From Lama glama (taxonomy: Eukaryota): DNA of 64,000 nt. Location of the stretch: the NCBI GenBank assembly GCA_028534125.1, contig CM052816.1, positions 77,750,001 through 77,814,000 of the forward strand, written 5' to 3'. How positions within the stretch are numbered: position 1 is the first letter of the stretch; each line of letters begins with the position of its first letter. The notes under the pieces were generated by a model. The model did not search any database. It saw only the letters and a list, made by a program, of their open reading frames with translations, and had not been told where the DNA came from. This document shows positions 1 to 12,139 of the stretch, piece after piece. The translations under genes were made by a program, and so were the position numbers.

Positions 1-297
1 AAGGAGGAAAAGAAAGAAGGAGAAAAGGAAGACAGGTGGGAAGGGTACCGTCTATCATAGTATCTCAAAGACAATGATGTATAGAAAGAAAAGCTTCAGT
101 TTTATGCCCAGTTAGGCCCCGAGCTCTCAGTATTTTCTGCTTAGAGATATAGATTCTACACCACACTTAAGGCATAAAACAACCAGATCCTTCAAATACA
201 GCAAGATTCACAGACCATGATAATGATCAAAAAGAGTCCCGTAGAGCCCCTCAGGAGTGTCAACATTGCTTAGCGTTTTAAATGAATGCAGACTTAC

Positions 298-378
298 ATT
301 TCCAGGCTCTTCCTATTATGAGTTTTGCTGATACCCAAACAAAAATGGAGTTGTCTCAGTTGGAACTGAATCTGCCTC
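298..378 (-). pseudogene. Pseudo-exon X22 (81 nt, phase 1->1)
   Basis: aatcaccag|GA...AAT|gtaagt. GRFSSN*DNSIFVWVSAKLII resembles recalled RGS22 WKNSVYFWFDLQ. Confidence 0.65.
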
Positions 379-873
379 CTGGTGATTGTTGAATAAAGCA
401 CAGCCTTGCAGGGAGCAGCATGGTGCAAGGAGAAGCCAAGTCATGGCTTCTCAGGGACACGGCCCCAGCCTTGCCTGACTCCTGACTGTGTCCACCTTGG
501 ACAACCCATTTTACCCCCGCATATTCCATTTCCTTCTCTGTGGAACTTACCAGACAAACTCTTAGGGTTCTCCCTGCACTGAGAAGTCCAGTTCAAGCCC
601 GATAACTAATTCATTTCTAACATTTCCTTCATCAGTAAAATTGAAAAACAATGCCTACTCTAATAGCATGGCATGTGGAATACTACAGAAATTTAAATCC
701 ATTGCATAAATCTTAGAGAACTTTCAGTACACTCTACTTGGAGGCAGAGCATCACAAAGTCTATGAATCACAAAGTTTCCAAGATCCAAAGTGGTTCCAG
801 GATCCATGGTTCTATGACTCTAAGATCTTGCTCTGAAAGAATACATTACTTGAGACTCACAAAGAACACTTAC

Positions 874-1009
874 TTGGATTAGACAAACACTGAGTATCCA
901 GGGTAGTGACCAGCCTTGTAGATAGTCCTTGAGGGACTTGCCTTACCAACCTGTAATTCAGCCCCTGATATACGAGGATTTGGTGTGGGTGGTTGTAAAG
1001 AGGCAGTGG
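874..1009 (-). pseudogene. Pseudo-exon X21 (136 nt, phase 0->1; acceptor apparently mutated AG->AA)
   Basis: ctcttatttcctccaa|CCA...CAA|gtaagt. Open frame PLPLYNHPHQ...QCLSNP. Confidence 0.55.
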
Positions 1010-1103
1010 TTGGAGGAAATAAGAGAAATTGAAGAGTTTCAGGACATTTCTGCCGTTAGCATTATTCCCACTCTCTGACTTCTGGGAACTGCCACCTACT
1101 TAC

Positions 1104-1508
1104 ACCCTGTTATTTGGGGGAACACAAGATAGGGGAGTTCCAGAAATGGGTATTTTCTCATCTTGAACCCCCATCTAGCTCCACCAACTGACTTGGAGGT
1201 GGAAAGGCAGTGACAGCAGAGGTCACACAGCTAGAAGCAGATTGACTATAAGGATGGGACACATCCAGAACTGAAGCAGGATCCTGGGTGATGCAGATGT
1301 CACTCACTGCATGTAAAGTACAGTAATGAGAAGTCACTGGGTTCAGCCTTCTACATAGAGGATGTTCATTCTGCTCCAAGCATTATGAAAAGGTGATGTT
1401 AATGGTCTGCTTTCGATTTCCTGGGTAAGGTTGACTAGTGTCCTCCAGGTCAAGTGAGGAGGGACCAGCAGGAGTTCTGACAGCACAAGAGGAAGACTGT
1501 GCGTCAAG
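1104..1508 (-). pseudogene. Pseudo-exon X20 (405 nt, Ser/Pro-rich linker)
   Basis: cattttcag|CTT...GGT|gtaagt, exactly 135 codons. Joins ORFs 1383..1574 and 1158..1379, which share a frame, across stops at 1385-1383, 1160-1158 and 1112-1110. Confidence 0.75.
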
Positions 1509-1850
1509 CTGAAAATGATGAATAGAAGACCTCCCTGTCACGACGGTTACGATGGTTAAAGAAAACCAAAGCATATGCTCAAATGGATCAGAAGACTGCT
1601 TCTGGCTGAATTACTCAAGACTGCAGCACATTAGCAACAGAAAAGTAAATATTGCCGTCAGCCAAAAGATAAGAATATCTGACCCACAGGCAAATCACAA
1701 CGTAGAAAGATTCTCCTTTTTCTTCTTTTTAAGATTTTTCAATTTAGCATACTGAGTCTTAGCTCTTGGCTGGAAGAGTCAGAAGGCAAATGACACCCAA
1801 AAGGGAGAAATCCCCAAAGAGAAGGGCAAGATTTTGGTAAGTTAAAATAC

Positions 1851-1946
1851 CTCTTTCATTTCTCTCCTACTTAATGTCTTGGGCTTCTCCACAAGGAACA
1901 AAGCTGCTAACATACAACCGGCCTTCGCTTGCATGGTCACAGTCCC
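1851..1946 (-). pseudogene. Pseudo-exon X19 (96 nt, phase 0->0)
   Basis: gctcctag|GGG...GAG|gtattt. Open: GTVTMQAKAGCMLAALFLVEKPKTLSRREMKE. Confidence 0.7.
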
Positions 1947-2386
1947 CTAGGAGCTAGCAAACTAGCCAAGGCTGCTAGAAGTCTTGTCAAGACCTTGTAA
2001 GAATTTAGACTAAAAGGCCTGGAAGGGCCTGGTGAAAGCTCTGTGGATGGAGATGCTTTGGTGAGCTCCCGAATCTGGGAAGCCAGGTTCATCAACAGTC
2101 GGAGCAGTCAACATTTCCTAGTCGCATACTCCTAGGGAGTCATCTGTGTTGGAAATCCTGAGTCATCTGATGGCATCATCCCTATTTTCCAGACCAAGCG
2201 ATGAGGATGAAAGTTGAACAAGTCATCCATCCATCACCTGCAGCATCAGGGAGCGCCAGGATCAGGCCTCAGCCTCGTCTCCCAGGACCACACCCACCAG
2301 CCTGCTCCCCATCAGGGCTCCCAGAGCTTCACTTGGTGCCTGCTCACCTCCTCTGACTGCCCCTGTCTGCCTGCCAGGAGACTCAC

Positions 2387-2437
2387 CAGGAGCAGGGAAC
2401 AGCCAGGATGGAAATGCTTGCAAATCCCTAAGAGTGT
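2387..2437 (-). pseudogene. Pseudo-exon X18 (51 nt, or 41 nt from 2427)
   Basis: gatttcag|ACA...CTG|gtgagt. TLLGICKHFHPGCSLLL. Confidence 0.65.
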
Positions 2438-3019
2438 CTGAAATCCTCAAGGTACCATTATAACCAACCCTCCTCGCAACCGTGAGGAATTGGACAGGCA
2501 GGCAGGGAGGCTCTCTGGTGGGGAATGGAGGAGTAACTTGGCCACTCTTCTCCCTGCCTCCCAAGAAGCAGGAGTAACAGCCTAACACTCCCTTCCTTGT
2601 CACCCCATCCACCATCAGCCACCAGGAACCAGAAAATTCTCAGTTGTGCAGCTCTGCCCTCTCACCCTGGGTGCCAACCAATTAGCAGTATGAGATCTAC
2701 GGTGGGGGGAGAAAAACTGAGGTTTGTTTTTTTTTTTAAAGATTTGGGGCAAATGTATACTCACTTTACACTTTAATAGGAATTGTTCAGAAAGAAATGA
2801 TGAGAATTGGGAGCTGGGATCTGCCGTTTCTTCGGAAGCCTGGATGACTGTCAACTTGGCAAATTAAAGGCACTGGTATTAGGCTCAGGAACACACACTC
2901 CCCACTGCTCCCTTCTTTAGCCACATGTGGACGAGGTTTCACTTTTTACAATAATTTTTCATGGAAGAAGGATGAAAGTTGCACTTGATGAAGTTTCGGA
3001 AAAGGAACCTGATCCTCAC

Positions 3020-3170
3020 TTGGGCGCTCAGATGCTGCATCTTTATGAACAGTGTGGCAAGGGTCTTTGGAAGATTTATAGGAAACGGCAATTGGCAGAG
3101 CAAACGTTGGCTCCTAATCTGGCCCCATAAAGCAGTACTGTTGGCTTTGTAGAGCTCTCAGAGAACCTCA
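3020..3170 (-). pseudogene. Pseudo-exon X17 (151 nt, phase 2->0)
   Basis: ctttgttttcag|TGA...CAA|gtgagg. EVL*ELYKANSTALWGQIRSQRLLCQLPFPINLPKTLATLFIKMQHLSAQ. Confidence 0.8.
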
Positions 3171-3253
3171 CTGAAAACAAAGGAGAAAATCAATACCATT
3201 CAGTCCACTGCCAGCTGTGGGCCTCCGAAGTGAATCAGCCTGGGTTCACCTAC

Positions 3254-3351
3254 CTCTCAGGAGACAAGACAGGGTTTTATCTTCTACCAGCTTCAACCAG
3301 ATTGCAATATATTTACAGCCCCCTCCCCAAATCCTTAGCAGCAAATTGTCC
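3254..3351 (-). pseudogene. Pseudo-exon X16 (98 nt, frameshift in G run)
   Basis: ttttgtttcag|GGA...GAG|gtaggt. DNLLLRIWGG/L*IYCNLV resembles recalled RGSL1 QLLDLWQDLQHFLSVL. Confidence 0.75.
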
Positions 3352-3816
3352 CTGAAACAAAAGGTCTGCAAACCTCTCATCTACAAGGTGGTAGTGATGC
3401 AAAGATTTTCAATTCAGAGCAAACTCTTAAGAAAGAAATGGTCCTTTTCTGCATGTCATGTGTGAATTTGATACTAACACTTGTCAGATATGAGACAGCC
3501 CTCCATGGTGAGTATGTGAAAGGCAGCTCTACCAGCAAATGTCTCCAGTTACGAAGAACTGAGTAATTAATAGGGGGTGGCCAGATTAATTATGAGTTTG
3601 GAAAGGAAAGGAATGAGAAGCAACATTCCCTGAGAATGGGGTTTTGTGTAACAAAATATAGAGTCTTTATTTCAGACTTTATTACAGGGAAGGGAATGAT
3701 TAACTATCAAACACCCTCCTCCCACCTTGCAAAAAAAAAAAAATCTTCCAAATGATCATCTCATGGAACTGGCTCTTAGAACCTCCTCCTTTTCTGCCCA
3801 GTATGAAACAGCTTAC

Positions 3817-3911
3817 AGGTTAATATGCCAGTTAAGCCTCCCCAGGGCAAGCCCTTTCCCAGCAGTCTCTCCTGGAGGAGTTGTGAATGAGACGCTGTGC
3901 ACAGGATTTTG
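3817..3911 (-). pseudogene. Pseudo-exon X15 (95 nt)
   Basis: ctctttcattcag|CAA...CCT|gtaagc. Open in phase 0->2 (QNPVHSVSFTTPPGETAGKGLALGRLNWHIN) and in a second frame. Confidence 0.65.
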
Positions 3912-4589
3912 CTGAATGAAAGAGTTTGTGCTTCTGAAGTCACAACCAGCCCTCCCCCGGCCGCATCAACCCCTTTCATTGAGAGACGACGGCCTGTCTC
4001 TTCCCCTGTCACTCTTCTAGTGCTTCTTCTCTATCCATGATGGAGAAATGTCAAGTTCTCTGCAGAGGGGGGAAAGGTTCTCAGTTACACACCCAAAGGT
4101 CCTCATCACACAACAGATCCCCGGTGGTGACTCGCCCCAGTCAGCTTGAAGGGACAGACTTTGGCTTCACCACCCTGAGGACAAAAGCAGGCACATATAA
4201 ACACCATGGCTGCTCCTGGCACGGCCCCTGTCGGGCCAAGCACTCAGCTGTGAGTGTGGAATTGCCCTGTCATATAAAACCACGGCAGGTCAAGAGGCAG
4301 ACACACCAACCAAGAAGCAGAGTGGGACCTTTCAGTATCTTCTCTCTGGCTTCAATGCCAAGGGAGTTGAGTAGACCTTCTGGCAGATTTAAACATCTAG
4401 GCAAAATAACTTCACTCCTTGAGTTAATCACCTCGCAGACTGACAATGTAATTAAACAAAATAAAAAATGCAAATAAACAAAAATGTACTGAATATCTAC
4501 TCTGTGCAGGGCACTAAGAACTTACAGTGCTATAAAGAAGCGGGGCGGGTGTGAACCCAGGCAATGGTGATTAACCGTGTATGGAAGCA

Positions 4590-5720
4590 CAGGTCGTCTT
4601 TGCAAAAGCCATTCCCCTTCCTCCCCTGCTAACAGAACTCTACTCTGTCCAACTCTCAGGTAGCTATGTGTTTTCCTAAAGGGTGAGATTCCTTACAGCC
4701 CTAGCAGGGGAACCTTGATTGGTTGAAACCAATGGTTCTAAATTCTGCCTGCACATTAGAATCCCCTGGGGAGTGGTTGAAAAATGCCAATGACTCCGCC
4801 CAACCCCAAGATTCTGACTCAGTTGGTTGGACATGGGTCCCAGCATCCCAGAGGCTTAAAAGTCCTGCATGTGAATCTAATGTATGCAGGGGATGAGAAC
4901 TATTGGTTTAAATCAACCCAGTTTTCTTGTGATTGGCATAGGGTTGATCATGTGATTTAGTTCAGGTCAAAGATGTGAGAAGGCATCTTTCAGGGAGCTT
5001 CCAGGAAAACTTTTATTTAGATTTAAAAAGACAGAAGGAAAGTAGGTGCTTTCTTCTCCTTTTCTGAGCTTTGGACAGTGTTTTGAAAGGAGATGTCATC
5101 TGAGTAGATGCAAGCAACTTTCAGTGGTGAAAGGGAAGGTCAAACACAACCAGAGGAAGGTAGAAGAGAATGCTGGAAGATGCATGGTCCATGATGACAC
5201 TGCTGCATTGATGAAATAACCAAAAGTGCAACCTCCCTTCCTCTAGACCAGCGGGTCTAAACTCTGGTTGCACACTGCAAACTGTAAACACCTGGAGTGT
5301 TCTTAAAATACTGCTGCCTGGGCCTCACCCCTAGAGGGTCTGATTTAATTGGTAAGTGGTGAGGTACGTTCATCAGGATTTAAAAAAACATCCCCAGCTG
5401 GTTGTACTGTACAGCCAAATCTGAGAACCACTGTTCCAGATTTCTTGTTGTGTGTGACAGCACACTTCCTGTTGTTTCAGCCAGTGGTTCGCAAAGTGTG
5501 TCCCCCCAACCAGCAGCAGCAGCATCACCTGGGAACTTGTCTGAAATCCACATTTGTAGGTCTCACCCCTGACCTACGGAATCAGAAAACGCAGGAGTAT
5601 AACCCAGCCATAGACGGTTTAACAAGACTCTCAGTGTCTCCGATGCATGCAAAAGCTTAAAAACCACTGGTTTGGGATAACCTGACTCCTAGTTTTCTGT
5701 TACTCACAGCCCAAACATCC
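4590..5720. mobile_element. MaLR (MLT1-type) LTR fragments interrupted by MER5-family DNA transposons (~4730-4910, 5247-5435, 5480-5672)
   Basis: MER5-like termini (cagtggttc.. / ..gagaaccactg) and MLT1-like body and end (tttctgttactcacagcccaaacatcctga). Confidence 0.65.
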
Positions 5721-5899
5721 TGATCCTGTAGCGGTAACTGATGCAGAAACTCAGAGAGAAAGAACCACCTCAGCTCATTGGATTTGGATGGGTGAGGTGG
5801 AAGGGAACACACGCAAAGCTCTCTTACAGAATTTTTACAGCACATTTAGGAAGTGCAGGGAGTGGAGACAAGTAGTGGGAACCAATCCAGCTGAGGCAG

Positions 5900-6165
5900 A
5901 AGCAGTTTCTAACAAGTTGAGGAAATTAAATCTAAAAAGACAGAGTAGAGCCAGAGTCCTCAGTGTGAGGTTCCTGAGTGAGAGGTTAAAGAGATTATAT
6001 CTTATCCTGCAGGTAATGGAAAGGCGCTGAAGAATTTGAAAGAGGAGAGTTTTAAGGGAAAAAAAGCAAAAGTGATAGTGTAGGATGATTAAATTGAATA
6101 TGGTAAATTGGATAAAATGAAGGGAAAAGAAACTAGGAACAGGGACCAGTTTAGAGACCATCCCA
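5900..6165 (+). mobile_element. L2 fragment
   Basis: ttatcctgcaggtaatggaaagg..ctgaagaatttgaa..ggaccagttagag pattern typical of L2. Confidence 0.5.
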
Positions 6166-6256
6166 GCGGTGCATAAGTTCTGGCTTTCCTTCTCAGCATC
6201 TGAACCATCCCCTCTGAAGCCAAGGAGTAAGAGGCATCATCAAGAAGACCCCTGAC

Positions 6257-6331
6257 CTAATCCTAGTGTCTCTGCCTGTCTGGATGTGGGACTCAGGAAT
6301 TCTGCCATTCAACCTCCGCTCTCCTGGGCAC
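6257..6331 (-). pseudogene. Pseudo-exon X14 (75 nt, frame ambiguous)
   Basis: ttttccttgtcag|GTG...TAG|gtcagg, after an 85-nt intron. Three stops in phase 0, open in phase 2. Confidence 0.5.
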
Positions 6332-6416
6332 CTGACAAGGAAAACAGTAATGAATTTCCTCTGCAAAGGGAGACTTCCCTTGGCAATAAGTAAATAAGGA
6401 AGTTACACAGCCCCAC

Positions 6417-6455
6417 CTGTTCCCTTATGGTGAGGAGGATGAGGTCTTCCATTCC
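6417..6455 (-). pseudogene. Pseudo-exon X13 (39 nt, phase 0->0)
   Basis: tgtttcttag|GGA...CAG|gtgggg. GMEDLILLTIREQ. Confidence 0.65.
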
Positions 6456-7265
6456 CTAAGAAACAGGAGCGGCACTGGGGTCATGGGGCTGTGTTAAATG
6501 GGAGACCTTAGCTGCTGTAAGTGCTATTTCCCAAGCTGGACCAGAAATAAAAGCTGCGACAGTATAGAATTATCTGCCTGCTCACAGGTTCCAATTTTTG
6601 TGCTGGTACCCGCACAGTCTGAAATGCAAGATGTAATTTACCACCTTTTCACTAGACGGACATCAGTGATACGACCTCACTCCAACGGGATTCACTGGAA
6701 TCAGCTGGATGGTTGTATTGCATCCATCACTCTCATCCTGTTGAGAAAACTGAGGCATGGGGACCAGAACTCTCACCTCTTTTGGTCCTGGTCCCTTCTC
6801 ACTATATAATATAAAAATTGAATTAATCCATAACATTTATTGTACATGATTGTGTGGATCGTGTGAGGTTCAGAAAAGCAGAGGAAGACTTGGTGCCTTC
6901 CTCACTCCAGACAACGGCCCCAGGGGAGAGCTTATAATTCCAGTGAAGAGGAAGAACCAATGTGGATAAGACAATGCAGGGAGGGAGTGTAAGCTAAGCC
7001 ACCTGGACTACAGAAGTGCTCCTGGAATCCACAGAAGGGGACTGGAATTTCTGGGAAAATTAAGTTGTACAAGGAAAGGAGGGAGCGGGGAGGGAAAGGC
7101 ACCTGGCAGGACAGTCTAGGATGTGTTTTGTAGAAAACAAAGACCTGTAGAATCATTTGTAAGAGGCTCTCCTACAGTGCCCTTGGGAGTTAAGCTAATT
7201 ATTTCATTTACTGTGGGAAATTTCTAAGTCCTCAACTTTTCCACTGACCTGGTATCCAGACTTAC

Positions 7266-7297
7266 GGATCCACCTTCAAATTTGACTAATGTCAGCT
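7266..7297 (-). pseudogene. Pseudo-exon X12 (32 nt, phase 1->0)
   Basis: tttggttttag|AG...TCC|gtaagt. ELTLVKFEGGS. Confidence 0.7.
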
Positions 7298-7354
7298 CTA
7301 AAACCAAACGTAGAGGGGGCCGGTGATGCTAATCTAAAATAGATTGAATTGGTC

Positions 7355-7445
7355 CCTTTCTTCCTTTCTTTCTTCCTTCCTTCCTTCCTTTCTTCCCTCC
7401 CTCCTTTCCTCTCTCCCCTCCCTCCTCCCTTCCTTCCTTTCTTTT
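7355..7445. repeat. CT-rich low-complexity tract
   Basis: Direct: (ttcc)n/(ctcc)n. Confidence 0.9.
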
Positions 7446-7663
7446 TAACTTGGGAATGGGAGGCATGAGGGTTGGGAGAAGATAACAGTCAAAAGAGATT
7501 TTTTTAAAACTACATTAAAAAATCTGGCTGCAGGAAGGTAAGAAATAAAACTACACCAAGATTCAGTCAGATTCAGGCAGAAGGAGGGGCAGCAACTGGA
7601 TCCAATTAGCTTTGCAGAAAAGCCCCCAGTAGAACTTTTTCCTTCTAAAGTGGTAAGCATTAC

Positions 7664-7773
7664 CAGTGTTACAAAAATTATTTAATTTTCTAAGATCTTG
7701 CTCTTTGGCATTGTTCAGATTTGGTTCCCTAATACTGGAAGCTCTGGGCCTCCTGGTTCACTGCTTTGAAAAT
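7664..7773 (-). pseudogene. Pseudo-exon X11 (110 nt, phase 2->1)
   Basis: tgttttag|ATT...CTG|gtaatg. FSKQ*TRRPRASSIREPNLNNAKEQDLRKLNNFCNT. Confidence 0.7.
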
Positions 7774-7959
7774 CTAAAACATATGACAAGGGAATTCTAG
7801 TGAACTTCACAAGAAATCCTGCTTATCAAAAATGACCGTCAATTCAGATGCCCAATATGTGTGGAATGCCACATGTCCCATGCCTGTAAAATTTAGATGT
7901 CGTTTACTCAAGCAGCTTGCTTGGATAGTAAGCCAGACACAAAAAACGTCGACACTCAC

Positions 7960-8102
7960 TCCTGTAACTGTACACTGCCCTCGCTCCCAACCTGGAACTG
8001 GGTATTGATATTCAATAGTGCCTGAGGGCCCCAGGAAAGTTCTTAAATAGCCCTGCTTGCTGGAAGTGCTCGGAGCTGCACTTTTTGGACCACTGCTTGT
8101 AG
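7960..8102 (-). pseudogene. Pseudo-exon X10 (143 nt, phase 0->2)
   Basis: gctctgcag|CTA...GA|gtgagt. LQAVVQKVQLRALPASRAI*ELSWGPQALLNINTQFQVGSEGSVQLQ, with an RGS C-terminal W-x-P motif. Confidence 0.8.
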
Positions 8103-8278
8103 CTGCAGAGCCTCAAGAATGCTAATCAGGTCACTCACAAAAGGCAGGTGCTCTCAGATGATCTGGTGGCTCCCCAAAGTAATCCTGCTCTCCTGAGCGT
8201 CTGCTTTTTTGGTAGAAACATCAGGTCATGACTGCATTATCATTAGTGTCTAACCCTACAAGAAGGAATAACACTTAC

Positions 8279-8383
8279 ACCCCAGGTCTCGTGTCTAGGT
8301 TTCAAATCAAGTGATATCGCCTCATTTTTGAATTTCTGCATCTTCTAAATGTCTCTGAACAATAACCATACAAACTCGACATC
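8279..8383 (-). pseudogene. Pseudo-exon X9 (105 nt, phase 0->0)
   Basis: cctctgcag|GAT...GGT|gtaagt. DVEFVWLLFRDI*KMQKFKNEAISLDLKPRHETWG, an RGS-like W-x-L-x-x-DI(E) helix. Confidence 0.85.
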
Positions 8384-8549
8384 CTGCAGAGGTAAATTTC
8401 TATGTAAACTCTATCTATCATGGGCTGATATATTTGTCAAGAGCTAGGGGAGTAATTTTTTTGTTGAAAGTTGGTAGGTGTAGGGGAGGAATTTACTCTC
8501 TCTTCTTCCTCAATTAAGGAAGACTAATGAGGAATTTAAGTACACTTAC

Positions 8550-8595
8550 CAAAAAAAAAATGTGTTTCAGTTTGAGGCAAGATGATTCTTGAATT
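8550..8595 (-). pseudogene. Pseudo-exon X8 (46 nt, +1 in T10 run)
   Basis: ttttttatacag|AAT...TTG|gtaagt. Reads NSRIILPQTETHFFL if one T is removed. Confidence 0.75.
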
Positions 8596-9974
8596 CTGTA
8601 TAAAAAAGTAAACATCAGGGTCAGATGTTATGCCGTGGTTGCTCAGGTCACACAGAGATGTCTCAAAGCCCAGGACTCCAGGACCGCAGTGGGTAGCAAG
8701 GTAGATCATACCAGCTTGGAGCTTAACCAGTTTTCTTCGGCACTGAGTTTATTCTCTGCCAGTTCAGAACAGCCTCCTTATAATACCATAACACCCGTCT
8801 TTGGGGTCAATGGATCCTGTTGCACATGCCCCTGAAAGGAAGTGAGAAACCAAAGGCATCCTAATTTAATACAGGTCCTTATGAGTTCTAGGGATGAGCA
8901 TAGGTCCCTAGCATCTGCCTGGAGCTGACAAATTGAACTAAGCAGCTTCCTGGAAGCAGCAGGTGACCAACTCCATTAAGCTAGTCGACATTTTATTGTC
9001 ATCTTTGACTGATGAGCTATTCATGGAATTCCTCTTCTCTTTGAGATTCCGCTCACTTAAACCCCTCTTATACATGCAGCCTGCATGACGACAACATGGC
9101 TTGATTCTCCTTGATGGAGCAGGCTAATGCCTACTGAAATTGATTATATTGGTGGCCCGACTTTAAGTGAGAGTTGAGCTTAGGATATTGATCTCAGTTT
9201 GCAAAGCGTTTCTTTAATCACTTGATGAGCTATTCTTTGAGATATTTAAGCTGGCTTTCTGCTCCTGGGCTGAACATTAGAACCAAAGCCCAGGTCCTTT
9301 TCTAAGATGATTAGGACTGGAGGCAGTTATGGTCAGAAGCAGTTATGGGATACCGACCCAGTCCTGGAAAATAGTTCAAGATGCTTTGTAGCTACTGTGG
9401 GGGGAAAAGTGAAGGAGACCATGAGAAAGAGCACAAACACTGCTGAGCACCCACAACAGAAGAGATGCATCTTTCCAAAACATTGAGATGGCATCCTGCC
9501 AACAGGGTGTTCAACAGTAAACAGCCCCACTATCAACAAAGAATGAGGGCAGCTTCAGGAAGAGGGAGAAACACAGACAAGGAGAGATAGCCAGGAAGCT
9601 CCCAAGCTGACTACAGGTCCCCCCTGTCCATGTCCAGGATCTGATATGGGGCTGGTCCCTACAGATCAGCAGGGGAGCAACCCCAGAAAACCACATGGCT
9701 TGTGAGCTCATGAACCTCTTTGTAAATCATGCCCAACTGACAGAGAAATGGCAGGCACGAGTCCACCCCTCCGAAAAAAACCCCGAGTCCCTAAACGTGC
9801 TTCGCTTGGGCTTTCAGGACCAGGAGCGTCTGCTTACGGAACAGCCCCACAGTGCAGGGACGGAACAGCTACACAGTGCAGGGAAAGGTCCCTGGTCCTC
9901 AGGGCGGGCGGAGATGGGGAGGGCGTGTGTGCGTGTGTGTGTGTGTTTGAACCTCTCAGGGGCCCTAAGACAGT

Positions 9975-10230
9975 GTAGTATTTGGAAGAGCTCTAGACTG
10001 AGGAAAACCTGAGTTTGAATCCTGACTTTGCCAATGACTAGCTGTGTGACCTGGAACAAGCAACTTCCCCTTTTGAAACATCAAGCTCTTCATCTGTAAA
10101 ATGGAAGTCATGATCGCGCCTGCCTTGTGGCTCTTGTGAGAATCTGAGAGGCAGATACATTGATGCCCGCAGAGCCATGGTACAGTCCCCGGCACATCGA
10201 AAGTGCTCAATGCATCAGGGTTGTCGTCTT
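9975..10230 (+). mobile_element. MIR SINE
   Basis: cctgagtttgaatcctgactttgcc..tgtgtgacctgga..ctcttcatctgtaaaatgg core. Confidence 0.85.
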
Positions 10231-11166
10231 CTTAATCTACAGTTTCCTCAGGATCTAAGACACATACGTGCAACTATGTGTGTACATACACACACTCACA
10301 CACACAGTCTCTATCCTCCAGCTCTCTGAAAAGTACAAAGTTTTAAACATAGGACACATAGGATATTTTTTACTACTGTAATCTATGAAAACTTAAAAAT
10401 ATTTAAAGAGGGCTCAATATAGAAAAAGAACCGAGCTGGACACTTTGTCAGGTGCCTGAAAGACAGACAGACTGAAAGTTTGTTAAAGCATTGGAAAACA
10501 GAGTTGGAGAGAGAGCTTGAGCCGCAAAACCCCTCTTTTCCTTGATTTAAGTGGTTCCTGAAATCCTATCTTCTCTACTGAATCTTCCTTAAATAAGAAG
10601 TGGGGAGGGTGATGCTGGAAACTTTCCACAAGCCATTCCCTGAATGCAGAAATGCAGATATTCAGATGGAGGCAGGCTGATGAGTGAGAGGAGGGGTGAA
10701 GACAGAACTTGAAGCTCCCAGAGAAAACGGAGGGTCACACATGGTTACTGGTGACAACTGTGTACCAGCACGTAATACCCCTCGCCCGGCACCTACCCAC
10801 CCCAGCCTCATGAGTGGCATGTGTATTCTTCCTCCTCGAGGACACCACTATCCCCTACTGGCTTCTTCTGAGGATCTATCACCTTTAGGATCCTATTAGA
10901 AGCCAAGTAGGCAGAAAGGAGAATCAACCTACAAACCACTGTGGAGGGAAACAAGAGTATTCACACCCTTCGCCTCAATCCCCAAAGCAATACACATGAA
11001 TATTATACTTATGAAAACAGACATCCATATAAGCTACACAGATATATCATGCCCCTGCTCTTGGCAGGCACCCAACTAGCCCCAGCTGCAGCCTTAAGCC
11101 AAATCTCTCAGCAGCCACTTGTGGTGGCCATGAAATACGATCTGATAGGAGTCATATTCCTCATAC

Positions 11167-11300
11167 CTGTTTAACTTTGAAATCAAATTCCTGGAGAAAC
11201 CGATGAATAGCTTGCCCAGTCAAAGAGTCAGTGTGGCAGGATTTTCTCTGTTGGCGCAGATTTGTAAACTGGTGTCAACCAAAGTTAAAGTGGGGACTTT
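11167..11300 (-). pseudogene. Pseudo-exon X7 (134 nt, phase 1->0)
   Basis: tattctcag|AA...CAG|gtatga. ESPHFNFG*HQFTNLRQQRKSCHTDSLTGQAIHRFLQEFDFKVKQ, TGA at 11277-11275. Confidence 0.75.
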
Positions 11301-11682
11301 CTGAGAATATGTGTTTCCAAGGAAGTCAACAAGGGAATTTATGACAACTCCGCTTAGATTGGCGGAGACTTACTGCAAAAGAAGACAAGCAGGCACATGC
11401 CAAGCCCCGAGACTCCTGAAATGATCGGGAGAGCATATATATGCCAGCCTGTCTTGCACAGTGTGAATTTCCACAAATCCATAACTGTATTTGCTTATTT
11501 CCCTGCACTAAGGCACTGCAGTATTTCAGTTCAATTCAGCACGTATGTATTTAGTCACTAATGTGTGCTTAAGGATGGTGTTTGAAGTGTCAGGAGTAGG
11601 GTGAGGTGGTCAGAGGAAAATTCATGCCAAGTGTAAGGCAAGCTCCTGCCCTCCAGTTTATAGTCTAGTCCCAGTCACACAC

Positions 11683-11700
11683 GTGTGCATGCGCACGCGC

Positions 11701-11732
<32 letters not shown>
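11683..11732. repeat. (CA)n/(CG) microsatellite
   Basis: Direct. Confidence 0.9.
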
Positions 11733-11733
<1 letters not shown>

Positions 11734-12139
11734 GTGCCATTAGGTAACAGTACAAGGGAGAATGTGACAAAGTTTCCCAAAAGCAGGTCACACAGTGAAG
11801 TTCAGAGGAGAGAGAGATCAGAACGGATTAGAGAAGACTTGAACTGGAAGACCTGAACTGGGACTCAGTGTTCATTCATTCATTCACCGAATAATCACAT
11901 CCTATGTACCACTATATGCCAGGCCCTGGAAATAAAATGTTGAGCAAACAAAACACAGTACTCATTCTCATAGAGCTTACTAGCTAAGAGGTGACCGGAC
12001 TTTCATCAGATTTCTTTCCAGCACAAATAGTAGCAATTCCTGCGTCTCTGCTTTTAGCCTTCATAGGATCCACCCAGTCAGCCATTTATTTCTGTTTCTC
12101 CTGGTGCTTCCTTGACAATCATCCTGAAAGCTGCCACTC

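Noticed and set aside
4037..4477. 146-aa plus-strand ORF
   Set aside because: No recognisable domain, no splice context, and it lies in an intron of the antisense fossil.
6681..6737. 57-nt open exon-like segment DESDGCNTTIQLIPVNPVG
   Set aside because: The acceptor appears MIR-derived, and X12-X13 join into a family-like motif without it. Not fully excluded.
9008..9245. Repeated tgatgagctattc as a hammerhead ribozyme or C/D snoRNA core
   Set aside because: No stem II-GAAA, and no convincing terminal stem or D box.
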